A DNA stretch of 64,000 nt from a virus, in the IMG/VR virus record IMGVR_UViG_3300038465_000055, positions 1 through 64,000 of that record; one strand, 5' to 3'. Below, piece by piece: positions 62,976-64,000 of the stretch. The notes under the pieces were generated by a model, which was given only the letters and a program-made list of their open reading frames with translations, was not told the DNA's origin and did no database searches. The translations under genes were made by a program, and so were the position numbers. The first letter of the stretch is position 1, and each line of letters opens with the position of its first letter.

Positions 62976-63605
62976 CTATTTACGCGGTTCCTCTGGCGGG
63001 ACTTCGTCATAGTCGTCGCCCTCAGGCTTCTCAGGCGTCGACCCCTTCGGCAGCCCGCCCTCGATAATGATGCGCCTTGTGATCGTGGGGCCGCCCGGCG
63101 AGCCATCAGCATTGGGCACGTACTCATCGCCCTTGCCCAGCACCGGCCGCGGATCGAGCGGTTCGCTGCGGAAGCCCATTAGGTTCTTCGACATAAAGAA
63201 TGACGTGCCTTCGAGACCTCGCGCTAGATTTTTCATCAGAGTGCCGCTCAAGATCGCAATCACCGCAGCAACTCCGGTATCCAGCTCTTTCCTGAAATGC
63301 TTGTGCAAAGTCTCAACAGTGATGGGCCATTGCGTGTGCGGATTCATTATCGCGTTGGCGATCACCTCCTCCGATTGCTTCATCCCCTTCATCATCAGGA
63401 CAATACGGCGTTGATCGTCAGTGGGCGAGAATGGCCTCTGTCCTGCCCCAGCGCGCTTGCCGCCTTTCTTTGGAGTGGGGATGCCAAGCTTATGCATCAT
63501 GCGAAGCTCTTTGGCGCGCTTTCGCTTCGCTTTTAGCTTCTGAGCGGCAGTCAGCGGTTTCGCTGGCGCGTCGTCTTTTTTAATTGGGTCCGACTGATCC
63601 GGCAC
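62976..63605 (-). CDS. terS: Terminase small subunit
   Basis: PFSPTDDQRRIV..IA..TLHKHFRKELDTG..IIIEGGLP. Confidence 0.75.
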   Translation of the reverse strand: MPDQSDPIKKDDAPAKPLTAAQKLKAKRKRAKELRMMHKLGIPTPKKGGKRAGAGQRPFSPTDDQRRIVLMMKGMKQSEEVIANAIMNPHTQWPITVETLHKHFRKELDTGVAAVIAILSGTLMKNLARGLEGTSFFMSKNLMGFRSEPLDPRPVLGKGDEYVPNADGSPGGPTITRRIIIEGGLPKGSTPEKPEGDDYDEVPPEEPRK

Positions 63606-64000
63606 GACGACGAGATGACCTCATAAATTGTTCTGCGCTCAGACTGCGCGGCCCGACTTATAGACCTCATTTCATTTCTGTTGTGGTTCCAGTGATTTGT
63701 CAATTTGACAATGGGTAACAAGCAAGGCAGGCTTGGCACAATTAAACAGGTGATTTGCTTGTAGGAGGATGGCTCTTGATCTGGACGATAGGCTACCAGC
63801 GCTTGGCGCCCTCTCGCTTGCTTGAGCTGGCCGAGCGATTGGATGCGCTGGTTATCGATGTTCGAGCTGTTCCAAAGACGCGGATCAAGGGCTATGGAAC
63901 CCGCCAGCTTGAGACGCTTCTGGGGCGCCGATATCTCTGGGCAGGCAGCGTTCTAGGCGGACGTGGGCATGGTGGGAAGGTGACCGAGGAAGGGATTAAG

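Larger units (their letters stand above)
1..64000. mobile_element. Tailed bacteriophage genome segment (myovirus-type, alphaproteobacterial host)
   Basis: Terminase, portal, MuF, protease, capsid, sheath, tube, tape measure, baseplate J, endolysin and replication/recombination genes in phage order; no host housekeeping genes. Confidence 0.97.

Noticed and set aside
1-64000. Prophage boundaries / att sites
   Set aside because: No integrase, tRNA target or host genes in the window

Overview
The whole window is bacteriophage DNA: a contractile-tailed (myovirus-type) phage of an alphaproteobacterial host, most likely Bradyrhizobium-like, judged from several host-type genes. No host chromosomal genes, integrase, CI repressor, tRNA, rRNA or CRISPR array were seen. 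Layout: (1) 1-5.5 kb, minus strand: replication and early genes (initiator, loader-like protein, N6-MTase, RuvC, GapR-like, Cro-like). (2) 5.7-15.3 kb, plus strand: recombination and auxiliary genes (HIRAN, HNH, Bet, HerA-like ATPase, DnaJ). (3) 15.4-63.6 kb, minus strand: lysis, tail/baseplate, neck, head, portal and terminase genes, with a captured C5-MTase between terS and terL. The most striking feature is a set of fibre/spike-like genes embedded in the neck and tail modules that carry Sec/Tat/lipoprotein-type signal peptides and paired cysteines. They sit beside small cytoplasmic adaptor-like proteins and a shared C-terminal LDFSxAxNSQY motif, which suggests virion appendages that fold outside the cytoplasm and are loaded at lysis (hypothesis). 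Also notable: a suhB/MmgR-family sRNA with a PhaR-like box, a counter-transcribed small RNA upstream of the replication initiator, a DUF6527-like protease, a Nudix-prohead protease fusion, a host-type outer-membrane protein, and a repeated GGTAAAAACC operator-like motif. All family assignments come from motif recognition by eye, not from database searches. Start codons were adjusted from the ORF track where RBS or overlap evidence suggested it.
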